NCBI GenBank assembly: GCA_918797485.1
Contig: CAKKNE010000002.1
Location: forward strand, 2,542,001-2,606,000
DNA length: 64,000 nt
Reading direction: 5' to 3'
From: Pelagomonas calceolata
Taxonomy: Eukaryota
A program made the position numbers and the translations under genes. Positions within the stretch are counted from its first letter, which is position 1. Each line of letters starts with the position of its first letter. The notes under the pieces are model-generated. The model worked only from the letters and a program-made list of their open reading frames with translations. It searched no databases and had not been told where the DNA came from. This document shows, in pieces, positions 52,264 to 62,984 of this stretch.

Positions 52264-54123
52264 ATGGCAGCCAAGGTCCGAATCGGCGCCGAGCTCTTCT
52301 GCGCCGCAGACTTGCGGCAAGCCCTCGACGCCGCCCGGCAGGACGGCCTGGACTTCGCGTGCTCGCCCCTGTCGCACCCGCGGAACGCGCGCGACGCGCG
52401 GGGCGTCAGCGAGCGGCGCGCGGCGCCGGAGACGCGGTCGGACCTCGCGCTCACGTGCGGCGAGTGGTCGCGGCTCATCGTCGGCACGGCGAGCGCGTGG
52501 CCCCGCCTCGACGCAAGTTGCGCGCAGCAGCGGCGCGACGGCGAGGCGGCGCTGACGCGCGAGCTCGAGTGGGCCTCGCACCTGTCGCTGGCGGCCGTGC
52601 TGCTGCCGCCGCTGCCGGCCGACGTCTATCCGGTGGCGCGCCGGCTCCAGGAGACTTTTCAGAGAGCGACGTCGTGGCAGGCGTGGGTGCGCTGCCGCCT
52701 CGTGTCGCGCGAGGAGGAGGCGAGGCGGCGCGAGGACCCAAGTTCAACTGGAGACGTCGCCGACCCGTGGCTGCGCTGGGACCGCGTGCGGCGGCTCTGC
52801 GACCACTCGGCGGCGCTCTGCGTCGCCCTCGAGCTGACGGAGACGCTCCCGTCCGTGGACGCGGCGCGGCGCTGGCGCGGCGAGCCGCTGAAGTGCGTGC
52901 TCGTGCCGTACGCCTTGTTTAGGACGAACGAGGCGGGTTTCCCTGTGCTACCGAAGGCGCACCAGGACCTGCTCGCGTCACTAGCAAAGCTCGAGCCGCA
53001 GCTCTGCCTGACTGGGGTTCCTACACATCCACGTCAAAGTTACGTTTCCTACCTGCGCCACCTCATAGCGAGTAGGGCGCCGGTCATGGACGAGGCGGCC
53101 ATCGCCGAGCGGCCGTACCGCGACTACCTGCAGGCGCCGCTCCAGCCCTTGGCCGACAATTTGGAGGCCAACACCTACGAGACCTTTGAGCGGGACCCCG
53201 TGAAGTACGCGCGCTACGAGGAGGCGGTCAAGAAGTTTCTCGGAGAGAGGACGAGCGCGGTCGTCGTCGTCGCGGGCGCGGGCCGCGGGCCCCTCGTCGC
53301 GGCTGTGTTAAGAGCCGCCTCGGATCGATGTAATGTGAAGGTGCACGCCGTCGAGAAGAACGCCAACGCCATCGTGACGCTGCGGCACCGCGCCTCGACG
53401 GAAGACGCGTGGCGCGGCCGCGTCGAGGTGCACCAGTCGGACATGCGGCGCTGGGCACCGCCCTGTCCCATCGACTGCGTCGTGTCCGAACTCTTAGGGT
53501 CCTTCGGCGACAACGAGCTCTCGCCGGAATGCTTGGAGCCTGTGGAAAGGTGGACGTCCACGTCGATCCCGCAGAACTACGAGTCTTTTTTACAACCTAT
53601 ATCATGTGCAAGACTCTGGTTCGACGCGCGGCGCGCGAACACGGGCCTGCCCGCCGGGCCGCCGGCCGTGGGCGCCTGCATCGGCGCGCCGCCCCCAGAT
53701 AGAGGCCTCGAGACGCCGTTCGTCGTCAAGCTCCACAACTTCGCGCCCCTGTCGGCCGTGCAGCCGGCCTTCCGCTTCGACCACCCGGCCTCGGAGAAGT
53801 CGCTCGAAAGGTACTGCGCGCTGGAGTTCCCTGTAGCGGTGGACTGCACGGTGCACGGCCTCGCGGGGTACTTCGAGTCGGAGCTCTACGACGGCGTCAT
53901 GATCTCGATCAACCCGGCGACGTTCTCGACGGGCATGTTCTCGTGGTTCCCGCTGTTCTTACCCTTCTCGCGGCCGGTCTTCGTGGCCGCGGGGTCGAGC
54001 CTCGAGGTGCGGCTCTGGCGGCGGCGCGAGGGCGACCGCGTCTGGTACGAGTGGGCCGTCGTGGGGCCCGACGTGCTGCCCGTGCACAACCCGGGCGGGC
54101 GGAGCTGCGCGATGCGGCTGTAG
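52264..54123 (+). CDS. PRMT5: Protein arginine N-methyltransferase 5
   Basis: DYLQAPLQPLADNLEANTYETFERDPVKY, GAGRGPLV, AVEKN, VSELLGSFGDNELSPECL, GMFSWFP. Confidence 0.96.
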   Translation: MAAKVRIGAELFCAADLRQALDAARQDGLDFACSPLSHPRNARDARGVSERRAAPETRSDLALTCGEWSRLIVGTASAWPRLDASCAQQRRDGEAALTRELEWASHLSLAAVLLPPLPADVYPVARRLQETFQRATSWQAWVRCRLVSREEEARRREDPSSTGDVADPWLRWDRVRRLCDHSAALCVALELTETLPSVDAARRWRGEPLKCVLVPYALFRTNEAGFPVLPKAHQDLLASLAKLEPQLCLTGVPTHPRQSYVSYLRHLIASRAPVMDEAAIAERPYRDYLQAPLQPLADNLEANTYETFERDPVKYARYEEAVKKFLGERTSAVVVVAGAGRGPLVAAVLRAASDRCNVKVHAVEKNANAIVTLRHRASTEDAWRGRVEVHQSDMRRWAPPCPIDCVVSELLGSFGDNELSPECLEPVERWTSTSIPQNYESFLQPISCARLWFDARRANTGLPAGPPAVGACIGAPPPDRGLETPFVVKLHNFAPLSAVQPAFRFDHPASEKSLERYCALEFPVAVDCTVHGLAGYFESELYDGVMISINPATFSTGMFSWFPLFLPFSRPVFVAAGSSLEVRLWRRREGDRVWYEWAVVGPDVLPVHNPGGRSCAMRL

Positions 54124-54229
54124 TGGTAACTGGTTCAAGTCTTTTTCAACTTGGCAAGTTCTAACTCCGGACGTTTTTAAACAACACACTATGGTAGGGC
54201 CAGGCCCCCGAGCGCCACATACAGCGCCG

Positions 54230-54880
54230 CTAACGCGTGGCCTGAACCCACTCGGGATAGGTCCACGAGAGGTAGGTCTGCGACACGGTCCCCGGTAGCA
54301 AAGCCCGGGCTGCCGCGACACCGTCTTCGCAGTAAGCTCTCCGGACTGCATCGCGCTCACGGTCGAGCTGGGCGCGCTGCTCGGGCGTGGGCATGCGGCG
54401 CAGACTCGCGGGCCGATTCGGCGCCTGGGCCAGGACTTCCCGCAGGGCACGGGTGGCTTCGACGAATTCCCTAAGCTCGGGCGCGGGGGCCTCGCCCCGG
54501 ATCTCGGCCAGGGCCGCATCGACGAGCCAGTCTCCCGAAACTGCCTCGAGCGGCTTGGCAAAGCCTGGTCGCGGATCGAGCAGGGCCAAAAAGCTTGCCC
54601 AGACGGTCTCCACCCACCAAGGGCCCCGAATCAGGTCGGTGATCAGCGCCTCGTCGAGCACTCGTAGGCTCAGCAGACAGGCGTAGTGCCACTGAAGCGG
54701 CGCGATCCGCAAGCTCGGGTAGTCGCGCAGCGCCCCGACGCAGTCCCGGCCGAGCTCTAGCTGGCGCGCAACGAAGCGCCGCGCCCCGCGAGCATTATAC
54801 AGGGGCGTGAAGCGACCTTGCGTGACGCAACCCTGCTTGACGAGGTAGACCAGGTCGTCGTAATAGTAGGTCGGCGCCAA
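54230..54880 (-). CDS. Hypothetical protein or gene fragment (no ATG start in frame)
   Basis: 216-codon stop-free frame; no recognised family. Confidence 0.35.
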   Translation of the reverse strand: MAPTYYYDDLVYLVKQGCVTQGRFTPLYNARGARRFVARQLELGRDCVGALRDYPSLRIAPLQWHYACLLSLRVLDEALITDLIRGPWWVETVWASFLALLDPRPGFAKPLEAVSGDWLVDAALAEIRGEAPAPELREFVEATRALREVLAQAPNRPASLRRMPTPEQRAQLDRERDAVRRAYCEDGVAAARALLPGTVSQTYLSWTYPEWVQATR

Positions 54881-55007
54881 GCTAGATCCGAAGCGCGATG
54901 TTAGTATGTCGATTACGCTAGCTCCGACTGCCGCCTCGATGCCGGAAAACGCCTTCGAAGCATATGATTAGAGTGTCAAAGTCCTTACACTCGTGAGGCC
55001 TAGAGAC

Positions 55008-57379
55008 CTAGAAGCCGGCGCCGAAGCCGCGCAGGCAGATCCACTTGCCGCCCGGCCGCGTCTCGCAGGCGAGGTCCTTCTTCGCCTGGAACTCCTTCTT
55101 CTTCTTGTTCGCGTCGTCGCGCGCGTCGCGCGCGGCCTTCTCGGCGACCTTGGCGTCCTGGTCGTACTGCTTGAAGACATCGTTCGCCGCCTTGGCAGAC
55201 GCGTCGCGGTCCTCCTGGGGCACGAGGAGCTCGGGCCGGTCCTTGTACTTCTCCTCGAGGCCCTGGTCCTTGGGGATGTCGAAGCTGGCGCGCGGCGAGT
55301 CGAAGCTGGATGGCGCCGAGAACGAGGGCGCGGACGGCGCCGAGATCTTCGGCATCGACGGAGCGCTGAACGACGGCATGGAGGGCGCGTCCATTTTAGG
55401 GGCCTGTCCGCAAATCAACCAGTGAGTGCCGCGCGCGAAAATTTGTTTCATGCACTGTCACTCGCGGAGAACGATGGCATATCCATCTTCGGCGCGGCGG
55501 GCGCGTCGAATTTGGGAATATCTGTGTGGAAATCAAATTTCGGGCAACTCACGCCATCGACGCGACGTAAACGTAACTAACGTAACTCGCTGGTTGATTT
55601 CTACGCAGGCACGCGCCGAACTTCGGCGTATCCATCTTCGGAGCGTCCGGCATTTTAAATGAAGGAGCATCCACCTTGGGGACCTGTGCGCCAGCATCAG
55701 CGAGTACCGCCACGCCGTCGAGCTGGCGTCGCGTCGATGGCGTGGAGGCCAGATTCCGCAGGGGCGGAGACGCGCCGCGACAATTTGATTGAGGCTCTGG
55801 GACTAACGTCGGGCATCTTGAAGTCCATCTTAGGAGCCTGTTCAAATCAACCAGTGAGTCTGGTGCACCGCGAAAATTTGTTTCATGCACTGTCACTCGC
55901 GGAGAACGATGGCATATCCATCTTCGGCGCGGCGGGCGCGTCGAATTTGGGAATATCTGTGTGGAAATCAAATTTCGGGCAACTCACGCCATCGACGCGA
56001 CGTAAACGTAACTAACGTAACTCGCTGGTTGATTTCTACGCAGGCACGCGCCGAACTTCGGCGTATCCATCTTCGGAGCGTCCGGCATTTTAAATGAAGG
56101 AGCATCTGTGTGGAAATCAAATTTCGGGCAACTCACGCCATCGACGCGACGCAAACGTAACTCGCTGGTTGATTTCTACGCAGGCACTTGCCGAACTTCG
56201 GCATATCCATCTTCGGAGCGTCCGGCATTTTAAATGAAGGAGCATCTGTGTGGAAATCAAATTTCGGGCAACTCACGCCATCGACGCGACGTAAACGTAA
56301 CTAACGTAACTCGCTGGTTGATTTCTACGCAGGCACGCGCCGAACTTCGGCATATCCATCTTCGGAGCGGCGGGCGCGTCGGGCATCTTAAAATCCATCT
56401 TAGGAGCCTGTCAGCAAATCAACCAGTGAGTCCGTTGCGCCCGATAGGAGACGACAATGTGTTTTATGCACTGGTGACTCGCAGAGAACGATGGCATATC
56501 CATCTTCGGAGCGTCTGGCAGCTTCGGTGCGTCCGGCATCTTAAAGGATGGCGCCTCCGGGGCCTGCGCGCACATCGATCGGTGAGTGAGACACGCCGCG
56601 ACAATTTGATTCATGCGCAGGGACTCGCGTCGAATTTCGGCATCGAGAACGACGGCATGGAGGGGGCGTCGAGCTTGGGAGCCTGCGCGCAAAGCAATAA
56701 GTGAGTCGAGTGCACCAAGCCGGCGTCGCGTCGCGTCGACGGCGCCGCGACGATTTACGCGCGGGGGGCTCGCCGAGAACGACGGCATCGACGGCATTTC
56801 CACCTTCGGCGCGTCGAAGGTCGGCAGCGACGGCGCGCTGCTGAAGGAGTCGGGGGGCTTGAAGGCCGGCGCCGCGTCCTCCTTCTTCGCCGCAGCGGCC
56901 GTCGCGGCCTTGGCCTTCGCGAGGGCCGCGTCCTTCTTGGCCTGGGCCTCGTCCTCGCGCTTCTTGGCGGCGTCGCGGAGCTCCTGCTGCTGCTTGGCGC
57001 GCGCCTCGCGCGCGGCCTCGCGCTCGGCGGCCTTGGCCGCGGCGTCGGCCTCCTTCGCGGCGGCGGCGTCGGCGGCCTTCTTCTTGTCGGCCGCGGCGGT
57101 GTCGGGCGCGTCGTCGCCGCCGCCGAAGCTCGGCATCTCGAACTTGATGGACGAGCCCTTGGAGCCCGTCGCGCTCATGCCGTAGATCGCATCATAATCA
57201 TCGGCGGACAGCGCGAGCGAGGACAGCGGCAGCGTCGACGCGCCGGCAAGCACGGCCGCCGCCATACCAGCGGCGACCTTTTTCGCGGCCTTGCTTTGCA
57301 CGGCGCGCGGCGGCGGGGGCACTGGCCGCAAGGCCAGCGCAACAGTGGCACAGCTGAGCAGTGCGACACGTTTCATCAT
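55008..57379 (-). CDS. Putative thylakoid-lumen protein (~506 aa) with P/K/M/D/F repeats; 11 exons
   Basis: Signal + transit + second hydrophobic stretch ending SLA. Introns 56683-56773, 56564-56628, 56408-56482, 56246-56340, 56106-56191, 55957-56051, 55838-55900, 55684-55807, 55522-55616 and 55404-55465 give a single 1,521-nt frame ending CETRPGGKWICLRGFGAGF*. Confidence 0.8.
55404..56482 (-). repeat. Tandemly duplicated exon-intron units
   Basis: Four near-identical 86-95-nt introns (55522, 55957, 56106, 56246) and three related 62-75-nt introns (55404, 55838, 56408) alternate with near-identical 30-67-nt exons. Confidence 0.9.
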
Positions 57380-57733
57380 GGTGCACCGCTCTCGGGCCGT
57401 CCTCTGGCTGCCTTCAATGCTGCGAGTCTCCGCCTCGTTGCAGGCGGGGCGTCAGGGCTCGCGCTATGCACAGCTCGCGGTGTGCAAGAGCCAAAAGCTT
57501 TGCATCTGAGGCTGGGGGTCTGGGGCTGGGAGAGGGGCCGAGCCGTGCCCAAGAGAACGCGGGCCAGTGGGGGCTAGGCATGGCGGGACGGCTCCGCCAA
57601 AAAAATTGATTTTGGGACCACCGCGCGCGCCGCGCTACCCAGGGCTCCGCCCACTAGTCCTAGCACCGTAACAAAAGTCCGCCAGTGTCCTAGGAAGTCC
57701 TTACCTACCCCCCCACAAAACGGCGTGGACCCA

Positions 57734-58684
57734 CTACTTCTTCGGGAACGCCGACCCGCTCCAGGCGACGCGCTCGAACGTGTCCGTGACCCGCCGCGGG
57801 GGCATGACCTTCGGCGCGCCCATCATGGGCCCCGCCCAGGTCCGCGCGACCCACTTCTGGTACTCCGGCGAGTCGCCGTATTTTTCGAGCTGCTTCTTCT
57901 CGAGGCCGGCCGCCGCCTCGCCCGCGAGCACACCAAAAATGCCGAAGGCGCCCAGGGCGCTGCACGCAAGAGCGGGCACGTGCTTCGAGACGGGCGCCGC
58001 CGCCGAGATCGCCGCCGCGAAGGAGAGGAGCCAGCCGAGCACCTCGAACGTGTAGTTGGGATGGCGGAAGAAAAAAAAGGGCCCGCCCGTCACGAGGTGG
58101 TCCTTGCCGTTCAGCTGCTTGGCCACGTACTTCCACGCGTCGGCGACGGCCGCGACGCCGAAGGACGCGAACGACGCCTTCACCAGCAGCTTAACGGCGT
58201 CGGTCGCCTGGCCGGCCGCCGTGACCCGCAGCGGCGCCGCTAGGAAGGCGTACAGCGCTGCGCAACCCGACAAGAGGGGCAGGCGCTTGAGGCGGTCCGG
58301 GACTGACGCGGACTTGGCCTTGATGGGCCGCATCTCGGTCGTGGCACCTCTCAGCAGCAAATAAGCGCAGAGGCGCACGCCGTAGAACGCGAGCGCCGTC
58401 GCGTGGAGCTTCGCCACGCCGCTGGTCTTCTGGAGGTAGAGGTACGCCGAGGCGGCGATGGCGCCGCCGTAGCCGTAACTAACCGCGAAGCCCGTGCGCC
58501 AGAGGCCCAGTGCGGTGGGCACGCCCGCCGCGAGCGCGAGCTCGGGCACGGTCGGGAGCAATACTGGTGCGGCCTTGGCCACCGTGGCCTTGGCTGCAGC
58601 GGGCGTGCGCGCTGCACGCAGCGGTGGGACGGCGAAGCCGTGCGCGAGCGCAGAAATTGTTGCGAGCGTAGCAAGGCGCAACAT
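57734..58684 (-). CDS. DUF1295 / steroid 5-alpha-reductase-like membrane protein, probably plastid-targeted
   Basis: Signal ..AHG|FAVP, FAVSYGYG, YGVRL, AVADAWK, LVTGGPFFFFRHPNYTFE. Confidence 0.82.
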   Translation of the reverse strand: MLRLATLATISALAHGFAVPPLRAARTPAAAKATVAKAAPVLLPTVPELALAAGVPTALGLWRTGFAVSYGYGGAIAASAYLYLQKTSGVAKLHATALAFYGVRLCAYLLLRGATTEMRPIKAKSASVPDRLKRLPLLSGCAALYAFLAAPLRVTAAGQATDAVKLLVKASFASFGVAAVADAWKYVAKQLNGKDHLVTGGPFFFFRHPNYTFEVLGWLLSFAAAISAAAPVSKHVPALACSALGAFGIFGVLAGEAAAGLEKKQLEKYGDSPEYQKWVARTWAGPMMGAPKVMPPRRVTDTFERVAWSGSAFPKK

Positions 58685-58969
58685 GATCGACCTCTTATTT
58701 GCAACGAGGACCGCAGGACAGTGAGCACGCAGGCATGCACGCGCCTTCAAATTTGGTTGCCAATGCTAGCGTGACAAGAGCTCTAGCTTTTTACGTGTGA
58801 GACGCGTGTGCCAGCCAAAGAGCTTCGCCACACAGCCAATTGGTGTCTGTCGCGAAGGAAACAGACCGTGGCTGCCCCACGGACGCAACGGCAGCCCCCA
58901 CCCCTGGAACAAAATAATTGCTCCCCAGAGGATCCAGCCCCGCCGAAGGATTCCACGCAGCCGCAAAGG

Positions 58970-59655
58970 ATGGCGGACGACGGCGTCTACAGTGCGGCGG
59001 ATCGCGAAGCGGCGCGCCGCGCGGAGCTCCTACGAAGGCAGCGCGAGGACGCTAGGCGGCGCGACGTGAATTCCAGCGCCGAAAGCTCCACGCCATCGAC
59101 GCATCATCCATCGAAAGCGAGAGCTCCACGCCATCGACGCATCCATCGCAGGCCCAATCCCGCGAGCGCACCTTCGTCGATTCGATCATCGAGACGGTCA
59201 CCGTGGCCTTCGCCGACTCGTCGGGGCGAACACCCCAAATGGGCCGGCCGATGACGTACGACGAGGTCATGCGCCGCAGTGCGCCACAGCGCAGCGCATG
59301 TGAGTTCGATTCGTTATCAGACGAGGCGGACGACTCGGACTCGGGCGACGAGCGCGCCGTCGAGCCGCGCCGCGTGTCGCCGCCGCCCTCCCCAAAAACC
59401 TACGACGAGGCGCTGCGCCCGCCGGCCGTGGCGCGCATCGTCGACGACCACGAGGACGCGTCGACCTTCGCGTCGACCTTGTCCGACGACGCCTCGGAGA
59501 CGACCGAGGAGGACCCGTACCACGTGGCGGCGCCGTCGCCGCGACGGAAGCCGTCGGCGCTCCCCGAGAACGGGGTCCTGCCCCCGGCTTTGTTGCCCTC
59601 TGTTTTGCGGGACGAGGGCGAGGCCGCGCGGCCGCGGGCGGCCGCACCGTCGTGA
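58970..59655 (+). CDS. Hypothetical disordered protein; intron 59066-59151
   Basis: MADDGVYSAADREAARR...RRD|AQSRERTFVDSIIE joined by a GT-AG intron that restores the frame. Confidence 0.6.
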
Positions 59656-59913
59656 CTTGGAATATAGTATACCCTTTTTATGTGCATCTATCTGTCAACG
59701 CCGCCCGAGGGAGTACTGTCTGCGTGCCCCGGGCATCGTTTTTGGATCGTTGCTGTGCCGCTTTGGAGATCCACTTTAGGTGCCAGCAAGCGGCACCAGA
59801 GTGTCCTAGTAGTGCTGCTAAGGATGGATACGCCTCTACAGGCGCTCGCGTCGACCCGTCGCTCGCGCTGTCGACGGCTTTGCCATCTTGGAGATTAAGC
59901 AGCAACAAAAACC

Positions 59914-61038
59914 ATGTGCGCTACGGAGTAATCTATTGTTGGCCTTCAATTATCGAGCAGCCGTCGCCTGGCGAGACGCCAGAGCAGCTTGCTTTGTGCG
60001 GCGGCACGGTGGTTGCGGAGATAGTTTTTCAGGATATCTGCTACCCATTGCTTGATTTCGCCGCGCGGCGAGGCAGCGATGGTCGCGGAGCTGTCTCTGC
60101 GACGCACGCGTGCTAGCTGGACGGCTGCGGGCGCCAAAGCTGTGAAGTGAGACCCTGGCCAGACGCGCTCGTTTTCGAAGCGCTCTGCTGCTGCGGCCTC
60201 TGGTTGAGAGCGCGCGCCGGACCAGAGGATAGCTTCGCTGGACGAGGCCCGCGCTCACCGCACCCCTCCGATTCGCAGGCAGAAGATCGTCGCCGCCCTC
60301 GCGCTCTCCGGCGCCGCGGCGTACGTCGCGCCCGTCGCGCCGAAGGCGACGACGGCGCTCAACTCCAAGGCGGAGCTCGAGGCGCTCGCCATGTCGAACA
60401 CGGACGCGCTCGGCCAGTCCATGGGCTTCTGGGACCCGCTCGGCCTCGCCGACGGCGACTTCTGGGGCCTCGGCAACGAGGGCACGATCGGCTACCTCCG
60501 CCACGCGGAGATCAAGCACGGCCGCGTCGCCATGGCCGGCTTCCTCGGCTTCATCGCCCAGTGCACGCCCCTCGTGAACGGCGAGCACGCGGCCGCGCCC
60601 TACCGGGGCTACGTCGCGGGCGTCACGCCCCAGGAGCAGTGGGACAACATCCCCCAGGCGGGCAAGCTGCAGATCATCGCCTTCGTCGGCATGCTCGAGT
60701 CCTACGGCGAGGGCGCGGGCAACCCGGACGGCTACACGCACTACACCAAGGGCGGCCTCCCGGGCTTCTACCCGTCCATCAAGGGCAAGGGCGCCGGCCA
60801 GATCACCTTCGACCTCTACAAGCCGTTCCCGATCTTCCCGGAGCAGTCCGAGGCCCAGAAGGAGCGCGGGCGCCGCGTCGAGGTCAACAACGGCCGCGCG
60901 GCCATGCTCGGCCTCATGTCGCTCCTCTCGGCGTCCGCGGTCCCCGGCTCCGTGCCGGCGCTGTCGGGCATCGAGGGCTTCCCGCAGTACTCGGGCAACG
61001 TGATGATCCCGTTCGAGGGCGACTTCACGCTCTTCTAA
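59914..61038 (+). CDS. Light-harvesting complex protein (fucoxanthin chlorophyll a/c-binding); main exon 60279-61038
   Basis: GFWDPLGL, LRHAEIKHGRVAMAGFLG, EQWDNIP, RRVEVNNGRAAMLG. The signal peptide QKIVAALALSGAAAY lacks an adjacent ATG; proposed AT(59914-15)|intron|G. Confidence 0.9.
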
Positions 61039-61381
61039 ATCCCGTCCCGCGCCGTGGGACCATTGTTGACGAAGAATACCGCGCCTTTTTGTTAGGGGGT
61101 AAGGCGTTTGCTGGTTGATACTTTTCTACGTGCACGTGCTGCTGTTTGTTTGCGGTCGTTGACTTGTCGGTGGAGTTGTCGGCGACAGTCGCGGCTCGCG
61201 CGGACCCGCGGCAAGGTCGTTTTGCAATCAGATTCCGTTTTTCTCAGTAAGATGCGTCTGCTGGTCGACGAACGCATCTGCTGTCCCGTTTGAAGACAAC
61301 CCACTAGGCGAACTCTGAGAGGCAGTTCAGGCCCTCTGTCGTGGCTGCCTGGTCGGACACATAAATCACTTATTTGCAACG

Positions 61382-62106
61382 ATGAACCGTGTGATTGCAG
61401 TACTGGCTACCTTTGCCGCGCTGGGCAATGCGTTTGCACCGGTGGCTTCGCCGAGAGCAGCCGTGCGCGTGCAGGTGGGCGTCCCTCGCATTGATCTGCC
61501 GGCACAAGTCGTCCACATCCAGCGTCCATAACATGCGCACCGTTGCGCGTAGCGCCGCGCACTGCGTGTGCAATAATGAGGTGCATTTGTGCAAAATTCA
61601 AATCACCGCGGGAACGCGTCTCTCGTCTCGCAACGAGCGATTTCCGTTGTCGCAAATTCATGCACACACCCCACGCGCAGTCCGACGGCATCAAGTCCGT
61701 CGACCTCAAGTCGCCCAACGAGCTCACGGAGGAGGAGTCACTCGCCGCGTCCCGTATTCGCCCAAGCTTTTCCATTTTGAGACATTGACGCTGGCCTCGT
61801 GTCGACACCGCACGAGCTCGACGCCATCGCGCAGATGACGTCGCGTCGATGGCGTCGTGTTACTTAATCGCGACGACGGCGCGCAGGTACAACTCCTACA
61901 GCGGCGCGGCCATCGGCGGCACGTTATTGATGCTGATCCCCGTGGCCTACTACGACGGCCTGCTCTTCGAGTTCGCCAAGTCCTTCGCGATCTCGGCGCT
62001 CCTGGGCGGCGGCCTCGGCGCCTACCTGTCGCTCCGCAAGGACGGCGTCGGCGAGAAGGCGGGCGAGTTCGGCTCGGCCGTGGTCAACAAGGTCAAGGAG
62101 ATCTAA
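61382..62106 (+). CDS. Small plastid-targeted two-TM protein (~122 aa); introns 61475-61680 and 61737-61886
   Basis: MNRVIAVLATFAALGNA|FAP bipartite presequence; GT-AG junctions restore ...VQ|SDGIKS...EEE|YNSYSGAAIGG...AYLSLRKD. Confidence 0.7.
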
Positions 62107-62138
62107 ATTAACTATCTTACACACTTGGGGCACATAGC

Positions 62139-62660
62139 TCAGAAGTCGTCGTCGTCGAACTCCTGGTCGCTCTCGGACTCGGCCTCGCCCGTGACGAGGG
62201 ACCGCGCCTCGTCCGTCGTCCGCGCCATGATGTCGAAGACGCCCGTGAAGACCTCGCGCACGTGCTCCTTCGCGTGCGTGTAGGCCATCTTGCTGTACGG
62301 CGTCGCGTTCGACGGGAACCACGACAGGAAGAACAACTTGTTCGCCGGCCGGCCGTCGTACGTCTTGTAGGCGTGGTCGAAGATGGCGTAGCGCGAGTCG
62401 GCGTCCGGTAATGCTCTCAACAAAGCGTCGAGGTCCGCGTCCCTTTCACCAATGGTCTCGACGACGACGGCTTCCGTCTCCGGGTCGATCTTGTACACGA
62501 CGTACCGGTGCTTCCTCCGGATCTTAAGCTGCGTGAAGACCTCCTTGCACCGGGGGTCGACGGAGCCGGCGGTCGCCTTGTTCGCGTACGTGATCTGCTC
62601 GCCGCCCGTCTTCAGGTGGTTCTCCGTGCCGTCCTCGAGCTTGGCGACGTGCTGCGACAT
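62139..62660 (-). CDS. Actin-depolymerizing factor / cofilin
   Basis: CKEVFTQLKIRRKHRYVVYKI, LPDADSRYAIFD, KLFFLSWFPSNATPYSKMAY. Confidence 0.9.
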   Translation of the reverse strand: MSQHVAKLEDGTENHLKTGGEQITYANKATAGSVDPRCKEVFTQLKIRRKHRYVVYKIDPETEAVVVETIGERDADLDALLRALPDADSRYAIFDHAYKTYDGRPANKLFFLSWFPSNATPYSKMAYTHAKEHVREVFTGVFDIMARTTDEARSLVTGEAESESDQEFDDDDF

Positions 62661-62984
62661 CGTTCCGCGCGCTCGTTTAGAGGGAGTGCTGTTTTTTGGC
62701 AGCCTCTTGTGGCAGCGTCGCGGGTCGGTGGCGGGCTGGGTTTCGTTGGTTCTCAATCGTCTCGAGCACGCTGTCAAACGAAACGTGCGCTTTGGTTGAG
62801 CTAGCGCCGCGTCGGCGCGCAGTGCTGCCGAGCAAAGCCTGGGCAGGCAGGCAGGCTTGGCAAGCAGTGCAGGAGCTGCGCAAAGCGCCGCCGGTGCACG
62901 ACACATTTGTGTGCGTCACACGCGGTTCGTGCAGAACCGCTGCGGCGCACGCGGCCGAACCGCTGCGCGCGCGCCGACACCACA

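Noticed and set aside
55404..56482. CRISPR-like repeat-spacer array
   Set aside because: The units are duplicated exons and spliceosomal introns in a eukaryotic gene; the spacers are not unique and no cas genes are present.
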